From Octopus sinensis (lineage: Eukaryota): a stretch of DNA of 64,000 nt. Where the stretch lies: positions 80,290,001 through 80,354,000 of the forward strand of contig NC_043003.1 in the NCBI RefSeq assembly GCF_006345805.1. Direction: 5' to 3'. The position numbers were made by a program, and so were the translations under genes. Below are positions 39,600 to 50,939 of this stretch, one piece after another. The notes below the pieces were generated by a model. That model worked only from the letters and a program-made list of their open reading frames with translations, had not been told where the DNA came from and ran no database searches. Position 1 is the stretch's first letter, and every line of letters begins with the position of its first letter.

Positions 39600-40815
39600 T
39601 ATCTATACTTAAATGATGTTATTTCAGCTCTTTTTTTCCCCTAATAGTTCTACTAACCACTCCCCTCTTTCTCTCTCCAACAGCACACCCTTCTTACCGT
39701 CATGGTTTGCCATTTTCACTCTGATAATATTTCTCGTTTTTGTTACTCTTTTCAATTTCGGCGTCTTTTTCATATACTGTGAGACTTCATAAGCTTCTCC
39801 CTGTAGGTATCGTTCTCTGATATACTTTACCACTCTCTTCGTACATCATGAATATCTCTGTCTCTACTTCGCTGTCTCTTTCGTTTCCTTCCTTGCTAGT
39901 TGAAGGTGACGGTTCGTGCGTTCGCATTTCACTTGATTTTTCATTTGGTTTTCCATTTCTTCTCTTTTCTTTCTTATTCACCTCTTCGTTTGTCTTTCTT
40001 TTTTCTCCTTCGAACTTTTTGGTGGTAATTCCAAGTTCCTTTTCTTTTCACCGCCGTAAATGGCTCCTCCTTTACGGCTGTACTCTCCTCTTCTTGAATT
40101 TCTTTTTCTGTTATTTCCTCCTAGTGTTTCTGGGGACACTTGGCCTTCATGTGTCCCCTTACACCACACACAAAAAAATATTGGAGTTCTACCCTCCACA
40201 ACAATCCTCAACCTAGTCTCATCCGGCAACACCAGCTCTTCCACGATGTTATGGATGTCTGGCAGACATATAAGGGCTGTCATATCTAACCCAGTAGTTC
40301 ACATCGTAGTTTGGGACATGGTAGAGGTTGGCTGCCACCAGTGGTGCCTTGTCAGTTTCAGGGGGCACTCTACCTATCCTTACTCTGGCCGCAAGCTTGC
40401 CACAGTAACGCAGTAGTGCTCATTAAGCTGATCTCAAGGACACAGTGGAGTATTTCTTTGCTTCATTTTCATTTACAAAGCTCACCTCTACCGTGACGAA
40501 ATTCCGTCCTCCGGTGTAGAACGTGGTACAGTCCTTCACCTCTCTTAAACACTCCTCTACTGCTTCCGTCGCTATTATTTCTACTTTCTTCGTTGTTTAA
40601 CGTTTTGTAGATACTAGTTCTTTTCTCGGTATTCTCAATAACTTCTTTGGGAGGCGTCACACTAAGACAGTCTCCCTCCTTTTTCAACAAGTCGTTACAC
40701 TTCTTGAAATTCTTGTCTTTAACTTTTATTTCACGGACTTGCAGTAGCTCTGCTGACAAGCTTTTGTCAGTCACTGTAGCATAACTTCCCGCTTGTACTG
40801 GACTATTTTCCATGT
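39600..40815 (-). pseudogene. Unit B: divergent, decayed ORF1-like gene
   Basis: LKKEGDCLSVTP..EKRTSIY (cf. LKREGDCVRVTP..EKRTITY) and EELVLPDETRLRIVVEGRTP; knuckle broken by a frameshift; C-terminal-domain remnant at 39624-39833. Confidence 0.85.
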
Positions 40816-41283
40816 TATTTAGCACTTCAACCATAAATAGGAAAGACAAATAAAAATTCCAACAAATTCAGGAAATAACAGGTTTACAATAACAGGTTAA
40901 GAATTACAGTACCAACATGGAACTGTCTCGAACACACCAATTGAACAAACACTGCCATTAACAGAACTAACAGCGGATTTTTTTATTACCCACAAAGGGG
41001 CCACGAAGAGGGGGACATTACAAGACGGGACATGGGGTACATAAAATAAAAATAAAATATGAAGTAAAGATGAATTATATGTAATGAGATGGAACGGCTT
41101 ACGAACCCCCAACTCGCAGTTCCGTTTAAAATACAATTGTACATTTCATATATTCCAGTTCAAAATACAATTTTACAGTTACATATATTCCAGTTCAAAG
41201 TACAATAACTTTACAATTTACATTACATATATTCCTGTTCAAAATACAACTTTACATCTTACAATTTTACAATTCTAATTCTT

Positions 41284-42626
41284 TTATATTGGACGTTCGT
41301 CCGTCATATAATCTAATAGGTCCATTTGGTCTATTACATCTGGTAATTTGTCATACCGTACATAACGCGTTATATGAATAGCATTAAATATCTTTTTTAA
41401 TTTTGTGTATGTTTCTTTTTCTATAATGACGCCTTTTACATCGTCACCATACAGTTTTGGGTTCACCTTCACCCTGACCAACCCTTTCCTACCTGCAAGT
41501 CTCTTTTCCACTTCTGTATTCTTGATATACATCACAACTGCTTTCAGGTTTTTTCCTGTAGGCCTTCTTCCATATTTACACGATTCCAACTGTTCGTTCA
41601 CTCTTGTCTCCCATTCTTGTTCAAACTCTGTCCTTGGCCGCTCTCTCGCCTTCTCTTTCACTTCCTGTTCTTTGCATGTTCTCTCTTCTCTCTCTTCTGC
41701 TATCTTGCTTTTGATTTTTTTCTTTTTAAGATCTTTCGGTGGTGATTCCACCCTTGATCTCTTCCTATCTTCTGTTTTTTCCTCTTCTGCACTTGCTCGT
41801 TCTTCCTCATTTAACTGCTCCTCCATTCGTGTTTCCTCCGTTTTCGCTTCCTCCACACACGCATCTTTACACTCCTCTATCACAACCTCTGGTGTTTTTG
41901 TCTTTTCCCGCGGGCACACATCCTTCATGTGGCCCCTCGATTTACAATTATAGCAAATTGGGGGTCTTCCCTCTACCACAACTCGGAGCCGAGTCTCGTC
42001 AGGGTAGACCAACTCCTCCGGGATGTTGTACAGGTCTCGCACGGTTATGTGTGCCAGAACCTGCACTGTATATCCCCACCACTTCACCTCTGCTGACTTC
42101 TCCACCTTCAGTACCTCCACATCATCCTTGCAGTTAAACAGCACTGCTGCCAGAACCTTTCCATATTAAATTCGGGTGAGATTCTATTGATTCTCATCCT
42201 CACTGCTCTCCTTCCGCAGTAACTTGGTAGCAAAGTCCACTTATCCGATTTCAAAATCCTTGTTGCATTCTTTTTTGCCTCATTTTCTGTTTCAAAATAT
42301 ACCACCACCGTGGCATATTTCTTTCCTCTTTTGAAAAATGTGGGTTCACCCTCAATTTCCTTCAGACACTTTTCTACTTCTTCCATTTCCGCTACTTCAA
42401 TTTCTTTCGACTCCACACACCACGTCCTGTACGTTATAGTACGCTTCTCTGCACTGCTTTCCTCCTCCTCGGACGGTGTGACTCTTACGCAGTCACCCTC
42501 CCTCTTTAAACTGTCGAAATACTTTTGTAAAGTCTTCTGTTCGACCACCACCTCCTCCATCTCCAGTTCACCGGCAACCAGGCCTCTGCCTGCCGCTCGC
42601 GCGTAAGTCTGCTCTTGCATTATCAA
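41284..42626 (-). pseudogene. Unit C ORF1-like gene, 1-bp frameshift
   Basis: Split into ORFs 42108-42626 and 41284-42144; gccagaacc versus gccagcaacc in the other units (~42155). Confidence 0.9.
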
Positions 42627-43028
42627 GAAAAAACTTTATTCCACGTCCTCCAACGAACTCTAACTCACAACCTCTTCACTCGAAATAAACACACCAGAAC
42701 AACTCCAAATAACTCACAAACAGAACTAACAGCGTATTTCTTTATTACCCACAAGGGGCCACGAAGAAGGGGACATTACAAGACGGGACATGGGGTACAT
42801 AAAATAAAATAAAATATGAAGTAAAGATGAATTATATGTAATGAGATGGAACGGCTTACGAACCCACAACTCGCAGTTCCGTTTAAAATACAATTGTACA
42901 TTTCATATATTCCAATACAATTTTACAGTTACGATAATTTTACAATTTTACATGTTAACATTACATATATTCCTGTTCAAAATACAACTTTACATCATAC
43001 AATTTTACAATTAACAATTCTAATTCTT

Positions 43029-44375
43029 TTACATTAGACGCTCGTCCGTCATATAATCCAACAGGTCCGTATGGTCTATCACATCTGGTAATTTATCATA
43101 CCGTACATAGTGCGTTATATGCATAGCACTAAATATCTTTTTTAATTTTATATATGTCTCTTTGTCTATAATGACGCCTTTTACCTCGTCACCATACAGT
43201 TTTGGGTTCACCTTCACCCTGACCAACCCTTTCTTACCTACAAGTCTCTTTTCCACTTCTGTATTCTTGATATACATTACAACTGCCTTCAAGTTTTTCC
43301 TGTAGGCCTTCTTCCATATTTACACGATTCCAATTGTTCGTTCACTCTTGTCTCCCATTCTTGTTCAAACTCTGTCCTTGGCCGCTCTCTCTCTCGCCTT
43401 CTCTTTTACTTCCTGTTCTTTGTGTGTTTTCTCTTCTCTCTCTTCTGCTATCTTGCTTTGGATTTTTTTCTTTTTTAGATCTTTCGGTGGTGATTCCACC
43501 CTTGATCTCTTCCTGTCTTCTGTTTTTTCCTCTTCTGCACTTGCTCGTTCTTCCTCATTTAACTGCTCCTCCATTCGTACTTCCTCCGCTTTCGCTTCCT
43601 CCACACACGCATCTCTACACTCCTCCATCACAACCTCTGGTGCTTTTGTTTTTTCTCGCGGGCACACATCCTTCATGTGGCCCCTCGATTTACAATTGTA
43701 GCAAATTGGGGGTCTTCCCTCTACCACAACTCGGAGCCGAGTCTCGTCAGGGTAGACCAACTCCTCCGGGATGTTGTACAGGTCTCGCACGGTTATGTGT
43801 GCCAGAACCTGCACCGTATATCCCCACCACTTCACCTCTGCTGACTTCTCCACCTTCAGTACCTCCACATCATCCTTGCAGTTAAACAGCACTGCTGCCA
43901 GCAACCTTTCCATATTAAACTCGGGTGAGATTCTATTGATTCTCATCCTCACTGCCCTCCTTCCGCAGTAACTTGGTAGCAAAGTCCACTTATCCGATTT
44001 CAAAATTCTTGTTGCGTTCTTTTTTGCCTCATTTTCTGTTTCAAAATATACCACCACCGTGGCATATTTCTTTCCTCTTTTGAAAAATGTGGGTTCACCC
44101 TCAATTTCCTTCAGACACTTTTCTACTTCTTCCATTTCCGCTACTTCAATTTTTTTCGACTCCACACACCACGTCCTGTACGTTATAGTACGCTTCTCTG
44201 CACTGCTTTCCTCCTCCTCGGACGGTGTGACACTTACGCAGTCACCCTCCCTCTTTAAACTGTCGAAATACTTCTGTAGAGTCTTCTGTTCGACCACCAC
44301 CTCCTCCATCTCCAGCTCACCGGCAACCAGGCCTCTGCCTGCCGCTCGCGCGTAAGTCTGCTCTTGCATTTTCAA
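43029..44375 (-). pseudogene. Unit D ORF1-like gene, 4-bp (CT)n slippage frameshift
   Basis: gccgctctctctctcgcc at ~43381-43398 versus gccgctctctcgcc in C and E; split ORFs 43365-44375 and 43029-43292. Confidence 0.9.
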
Positions 44376-44739
44376 GAAAAAAATTATTCCATGTCCTCCA
44401 ACGAACTATAAACACACCAGAATAACTCCAAATAACTTACAAACAGAACTAACAGCGGATTTCTTTATTACCCACAAGGGGCCACGAAGAAGGGGACATT
44501 ACAAGACGGGACATGGGGTACATAAAATAAAAATAAAATATGAAGTAAAGATGAATTATATGTAATGAGATGGAACGGCTTACGAACCCCCAACTCGCAG
44601 TTCCGTTTAAAATACAATTTTATATTTCATATATTCCAATACAATTTTACAGTTACAATAATTTTACAATTCTACATGTCAACATTACATATATTCAAAG
44701 TACAACTTTACATCGTACAATTTTACAATTCTAATTCTT

Positions 44740-46083
44740 TTACATTAGACGCTCGTCCGTCATATAATCCAACAGGTCCGTATGGTCTATCACATCTGGT
44801 AATTTATCATACCGTACATAGTGCGTTATATGCATAGCACTAAATATCTTTTTTAATTTTATATATGTCTCTTTGTCTATAATGACGCCTTTTACATCGT
44901 CACCATACAGTTTTGGGTTCACCTTCACCCTGACCAACCCTTTCTTACCTACAAGTCTCTTTTCCACTTCTGTATTCTTGATATACATTACAACTGCCTT
45001 CAAGTTCTTTCCTGTAGGCCTTCTTCCATATTTACACGATTCCAATTGTTCGTTCACTCTTGTCTCCCATTCTTGTTCAAACTCTGTCCTTGGCCGCTCT
45101 CTCGCCTTCTCTTTTACTTCCTGTTCTTTGTGTGTTTTCTCTTCTCTCTCTTCTGCTATCTTGCTTTGGATTTTTTTCTTTTTTAGATCTTTCGGTGGTG
45201 ATTCCACCCTTGATCTCTTCCTGTCTTCTGTTTTTTCCTCTTCTGCACTTGCTCGTTCTTCCTCATTTAACTGCTCCTCCATTCGTGCTTCCTCCGCTTT
45301 CGCTTCCTCCACACACGCATCTCTACACTCCTCCATCACAACCTCTGGTGCTTTTGTTTTTTCTCGCGGACACACATCCTTCATGTGGCCCCTCGATTTA
45401 CAATTGTAGCAAATTGGGGGTCTTCCCTCTACCACAACTCGGAGCCGAGTCTCGTCAGGGTAGACCAACTCCTCCGGGATGTTGTACAGGTCTCGCACGG
45501 TTATGTGTGCCAGGACCTGCACCGTATATCCCCACCACTTAACCTCTGCTGACTTCTCCACCTTCAGTACCTCCACATCATCCTTGCAGTTAAACAGCAC
45601 TGCCGCCAGCAACCTTTCCATATTAAATTCGGGTGAGATTCTATTGATTCTCATCCTCACTGCTCTCCTTCCGCAGTAACTTGGTAGCAAAGTCCACTTA
45701 TCCGATTTCAAAATTCTTGTTGCATTCTTTTTTGCCTCATTTTCTGTTTCAAAATATACCATCACCGTGGCATATTTCTTTCCTCTTTTGAAAAATGTGG
45801 GTTCACCCTCAATTTCCTTCAGACACTTTTCTACTTCTTCCATTTCTGCTACTTCAATTTTTTTCGACTCTACACACCACGTCCTGTACGTTATAGTACG
45901 CTTCTCTGCACTGCTTTCCTCCTCCTCGGACGGTGTGACTCTTACGCAGTCACCCTCCCTCTTTAAACTGTCGAAATACTTTTGTAAAGTCTTCTGTTCG
46001 ACCACCACCTCCTCCATTTCCAGTTCACCGGCAACTAGGCCTCTGCCTGCCGCTCGCGCGTAAGTCTGCTCTTGCATTTTCAA
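44740..46083 (-). CDS. Intact 447-aa Tx1/L1-type ORF1-like nucleic-acid-binding protein (unit E)
   Basis: Uninterrupted ORF. RRM-like segments (YATVMVYF; RMRINRISPEF), VVVEGRPPICYNCKSRGHMKDVCP = CX2CX4HX4C knuckle in the context typical of L1/Tx1 ORF1, E/K/R-rich linker, conserved ~80-aa C-terminal domain. Confidence 0.88.
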   Translation of the reverse strand: MKMQEQTYARAAGRGLVAGELEMEEVVVEQKTLQKYFDSLKREGDCVRVTPSEEEESSAEKRTITYRTWCVESKKIEVAEMEEVEKCLKEIEGEPTFFKRGKKYATVMVYFETENEAKKNATRILKSDKWTLLPSYCGRRAVRMRINRISPEFNMERLLAAVLFNCKDDVEVLKVEKSAEVKWWGYTVQVLAHITVRDLYNIPEELVYPDETRLRVVVEGRPPICYNCKSRGHMKDVCPREKTKAPEVVMEECRDACVEEAKAEEARMEEQLNEEERASAEEEKTEDRKRSRVESPPKDLKKKKIQSKIAEEREEKTHKEQEVKEKARERPRTEFEQEWETRVNEQLESCKYGRRPTGKNLKAVVMYIKNTEVEKRLVGKKGLVRVKVNPKLYGDDVKGVIIDKETYIKLKKIFSAMHITHYVRYDKLPDVIDHTDLLDYMTDERLM

Positions 46084-46475
46084 GAAAAAAAAAAAAAAAA
46101 AAAATTATTCCACGTCCTCCAACGAACTCCAACTCACAACCTCTTCACTCGAAATAAACACACCAGAATAAACACACCAGAACAACTCCAAACAACTCAC
46201 AAACAGAACTAACAGCGTATTTCTTTATTACCCACAAGGGGCCACGAAGAAGGGGACATTACAAGACGGGACATGGGGTACATAAAATAAAATAAAATAT
46301 GAAGTAAAGATGAATTAGATGTAATGAGATGGAACGGCTTACGAACCCCCAACTCGCAGTTCCGTTTAAAAAACAATTACACATACAGTTTTACAGTTAC
46401 AATAATTTTACAATTCTACACGTCAACATTACATATATTCAAAATACAACTTTAAATTTTACAATTCTAATTCTT

Positions 46476-47799
46476 TTACATTGGACGCTCGTCCGTCATA
46501 TAATCCAACAGGTCCGTTTGCTCTATAACATCTGGCAATTATCGTACCGCACATAATGCGTTATATGCATGGCATTAAACATCTTTTTTAATTTTATATA
46601 TGTCTCTTTGTCTATAATGACGCCTTTCACGTCGTCACCATACAGCTTTGGGTTCACCTTCACCCTGACCAACCCTTTCTTACCTACAAGTCTCTTCTCC
46701 ACTTCTGTATTCTTGATATACATTACAACTGCCTTCAAGTTTTTTCCTGTCGGCCTTCTTCCATATCTGCACGATTCCAATTGCTCGTTCACTCTTGTCT
46801 CCCATTCTTTTTCAAACTCTGTCCTTGGCCGCTCTCTCACCTTCTCTTTTACTTCCTGTTCTTTGTCTTCTCTCTCTTCTGCTATCTTGCTTTTAATTTT
46901 TTTCTTTTTTTGATCTTTCGGTGGTGATTCCACCCTTGATCTCTTCCTGTCTTCCGTCTTTTCCTCTTCTGCACTCTCTCGTTCTTCCTCACTTAACCGC
47001 TCCTCCATTCGTACTTCCTCCGCTTTCGCCTCCTCCACACACGCGTCCTCCATCACAACCTCCGGTGCTTTAGATTTTCTCGCGGGCACACATCCTTCAT
47101 GTGGCCCCTTGATTTACAATTGTAGCAAATTGGGGGTCTTCCCTCTACCACAACTCGGAGCCGTGTCTCGTCAGGGTAGACCAGCTCCTCCGGGATGTTG
47201 TACAGGTCTCGCACGGTAATGTGCGCGAGAACCTGCACCGTATATCCCCACCATTTCACCTCCGCTGACTTCTCCACCTTCAGTACTTCCACATCATCCT
47301 TGCAGTTAAACAGCACTGCTGCCAGCAACCTTTCCATATTAAATTCGGGTGAGATTCTATTGATTCTCATCCTCACTGCTCTCCTTCCGCAGTAACTTGG
47401 TAGCAAAGTCCACTTATCCGATTTCAAAAGTCTTGTTGCGTTCTTTTTTGCCTCATTTTCTGTTTCAAAATATACCACCACCGTGGCATATTTCTTTCCT
47501 CTTTTGAAAAATGTGGGTTCACCCTCAATTTCCTTCAGACATTCTTCTACTTCTTTCATTTCCGCTACTTCAATTTTTTTCGACTCCACACACCACGTCC
47601 TGTACGTTATAGTACGCTTCTCTGCACTGCTTTCCTCCTCCTCGGACGGTGTGACTCTTACGCAGTCACCCTCCCTCTTTAAACTGTCGAAATACTTTTG
47701 TAAAGTCTTCTGTTCGACCACCACCTCCTCCATCTCCAGCTCACCGGCAACCAGGCCTCTGCCTGCCGCTCGCGCGTAAGTCTGCTCTTGCATTTTCAA
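46476..47799 (-). pseudogene. Unit F ORF1-like gene, two frameshifts plus in-frame deletions
   Basis: 1-bp deletions at ~47070 and ~46535; in-frame losses (MEDACV vs MEECRDACV; REDKEQE vs REEKTHKEQE). Confidence 0.9.
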
Positions 47800-49659
47800 G
47801 AAAAAAAAATTATTCCACGTCCTCCAACGAACTCTAACTCACAACCTCTTCACTCGAAATAAACACACCTGAATAAACACACCAGAATAACTCCAAATAA
47901 CTTACAAACAGAACTAACAGCGTCAAATACAGTACATTCAGTTCTTATTTATTGTAATCGGTTAGTCCACTTTCAGTCATGTGGGGTGTTCAGGATTTTC
48001 TCATAACAGCATTATGTGTGCGCTTCGTGATATTTTAAAAAGGAATTATTTAATATGTGGTGCTAAATTTCTTTTGCACACTTTCCACAATCCATGTAAA
48101 TATCTTCACATCATAGATTTGTCCCCGGTTTAATGTAAAAGATTTACAATAATTTACTGACGGGTTTCGCGTCGTTGGTGTCAAGAAAATCACTAAGCAC
48201 TCAATTAGAAGATTGTTCCTTTCACTTGGATCTAGCAGTCCTCGGGACATTAATTTAACTCACACCTCCTGGCATTGTATCAAATTTCTGGCAGCTTCTT
48301 ACTAAATCTCGAAGTAAAGTTTGTCAGCTTTGCGCATTTATGTGTCTATCCATGTGAGCTTGTGCGTACCAGGTGTGTGTGTGTATACGTCTGTGTGTGA
48401 TCAATTGTTATAGTTATGCAACCATCCTCTTCTGTTCATGACAACACTATATTCTCATAGTGTAGAACACGTTCTACAGAAAATTGATTGGTTCCGTAAC
48501 ATATGCAGAGGGATATATGCGTCAAGACTACAGCTAAGTTTCTGAATTTATCTCAACGGTCATCAAAATGGTATTATTAAACACTGCTTCTCTAAATCAC
48601 TTATACCTTCGGCAATAAATTCTAATATAATATGATAATTAAAGTTCCAAATGTTACGTAGTATCTTATTAAGGCACCTAGGGATAATTTGAAAATCACT
48701 GTTCATTAATCTATTGATTGATTTAATTATCAAATGATATAGTTTCACATGAAAACCTTGAAACAAAAGGCTACTATGTGAAGACAGGTTTCCAAGGCAA
48801 AATGTCTTTTTGTCTAGTTACTAGCTCCAATTCATCATCTTCTATCCGTTAAAATATTTCTGTCGGTCTTCTGGTACGTTTCCTTACAAGATTAAGATTG
48901 CTCTTTTGAGACCTGTATTTATGTGTACATACATGTATGTATGTGAGTGTGTACGTGTGTGTATATGTGTCTATGTGTGTATATATTTCGGTTAAATGAA
49001 TAATAGAGCATGTAATCGTTTTTTTCTTTATTATAAGTGCACATTATCGGTATTACTGGAGTTAGGTTTATGAATTCCTCATGTGCTTTGTGGTTATTGT
49101 CATTGTGCTTCTTGCTTCTTCCCAGCATGCTGTTGCTGTTGACAAAATGGCCGATACCATACATGTTTTACTATTGCTGCGATACCTCTAGTTTCTTAGA
49201 TAGGATTTATCAGCTGAGAACTTTAAGGTATAGAAATATGTGTCAATGAAAGTTTTGTCTATTATGCTGAGTTGCTAAGCAACTAGAGCATGCTGAAAAT
49301 GCTCCTCATCGTAGAACACTTTAATCAGGATGAATGGTTATAGTGTTCATAACTGGGCATTTAAAGCATTATAAATCAGAACTTTCGAGTGAACTTAGTG
49401 TCAGCAAGTAAACCTTACAAAATAGCATAGGTTGCTACCAAAAGAAGTATTGATTTTCTTTGCGTCACATGTTTTTGTCCTCCATTTTATGATCTTGAGC
49501 GTTTTGATCAATTCTACCTCTCACTACAAACTTGTGGCTTCAGTGTAAAATTTATATGGTAAAATTTGTGTCTCAACTCAAATTCTAACAAAGTGTATGT
49601 TCAGAAATAAATTCTCAAAACGAAATTCAAATCCTTTGATTCCCTCATAAATATTAAAC

Positions 49660-49790
49660 TAGCGTGGCTTAGGAGTTAGGCTATTCAGCTCCCATTTGTA
49701 AGGTCGCTTTCACGTTGGTTTCACTAGCAGGTTGTTCGGTTGATCAGATCGATGGGAACACTCGTTGCCGCATTCAATGGACTGCCATTA
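49660..49790 (+). mobile_element. Deleted SINE fragment (head remnant + tail of the 26799 family)
   Basis: gcaggttgttcggttgatcagatcgatgggaacactcgttgccg resembles 27112-27160. Confidence 0.55.
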
Positions 49791-49929
49791 AAATATTAAA
49801 CGATAAGAAATATTTATTGTAAACCCGAGAGGAAATTTATTGTAACAATTACCAATTAAATTTCCTTGTTATATACTTCTGTAAATTCTATTGACCTTAA
49901 CTCTACAGATATTCTTCCGAGCTTAAACC

Positions 49930-50060
49930 TAGAAAAACTTGGACATTCCAGTTATTCAAGAGGGTTTCAAGAGGTCGCTGCCTAGACGCGTAGTCAATAT
50001 TCGTAACAGGTTGGTGTATAGGAAATATATCTGACCAACGAAATACTCCTGACCCCTGTA
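49930..50060 (+). mobile_element. Possible CR1/L2-type LINE 3'-end remnant
   Basis: GHS... followed by RRVVNIRNRL, similar to the RVV..WN.LP motif at CR1 ORF2 ends; short and degenerate. Confidence 0.3.
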
Positions 50061-50840
50061 ATAACGCCGAAAGGATGAAAATAATTTTTATCATTTGCAG
50101 GATATGGGTACAGAAAAATGAAAAGAAGCTCTAGATATCAAAATTTGTTAGTATTCTTAATGTTAAAACGTATTTTCTGTGAAAAACCTCACTTAGAAAA
50201 TGACAAAAGAATGAAAATTTTAGCTTTATGCAAATCTCAGTGATGTTGTATAAAACAAAAATACGTATATACACATAAATATAGACATAAACATAACTGT
50301 ATACGAACGCAAATTTCAAAAGTAGAATTGAAAGGAACACTAATTTGCAGAAAAGAGTAAAATTAATGTTCTCAGATACTTAAAAGAAAATGATAATTGA
50401 AATAGAGAAGAAAGATGAAGTAAAAACAAAGTCAGAATACTGAATATAAATATATTAGGAGCACACATTAAGAAATAATATAAAACACGATGCAAGAATA
50501 TTGTTAAGACGTGATAAAACAAAGATAAAAATGTAAGGAAATCCTACTAAAGAATTGAATGGTTCATTTGGCAGAAACTGCGATTAGTTTGGTATATTAA
50601 ATTGTTCATTATTTTATTTATCTTACTTGAGTGTAATCGACTAGGTGAGACTGTTGACACCTCTCACAAGCTTCTCACAATCTTTTGTATTATTTAACAG
50701 ACAAAACAGGTTTTCTTTTATCTACTGAAACTAGAAAGAAATCAATAAAGACATTATTGCAACAAATACGACAAAGTGAATGTAAATATCCCCTTTATAG
50801 CGAACGCAACGTCCTCAAAAACAAGAACAACGGAGACGAT

Positions 50841-50867
50841 GACAACAACAACAACAACAACAACAAC

Positions 50868-50902
<35 letters not shown>

Positions 50903-50935
50903 TGATGATGATGATGATGATGATAATAATAATAA
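50841..50935. repeat. (CAA)n(TAA)n(GAT)n microsatellite
   Basis: Direct reading. Confidence 0.95.
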
Positions 50936-50939
50936 TTCT

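Larger units (their letters stand above)
37675..47922 (-). mobile_element. Head-to-tail array of six ORF1-only (Gag-like) non-LTR retroelement units
   Basis: Units A 37675-39327, B 39328-40975, C 40976-42734, D 42735-44457, E 44458-46217, F 46218-47922. Each has a short 5'UTR, one ORF1-like frame, a GT-rich 3'UTR ending (usually) aataaagaaat, and the junction motif aacagaacta(acagcg). No RT or EN in any unit. Confidence 0.85.

Noticed and set aside
39848-47779. Many plus-strand ORFs (60-183 aa) over the array
   Set aside because: They are S/F/L-rich antisense shadows of the E/K-rich minus-strand ORF.
37675-47930. CRISPR array or LTR retrotransposon interpretation of the tandem units
   Set aside because: Eukaryotic context, with kb-sized homologous coding units rather than unique spacers; no LTRs, PBS, protease, RT or integrase.
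47945-47955. AATAAATA upstream of the array as a TATA box for unit F
   Set aside because: About 37 nt from the candidate initiator and non-canonical, in AT-rich DNA where such words are common.
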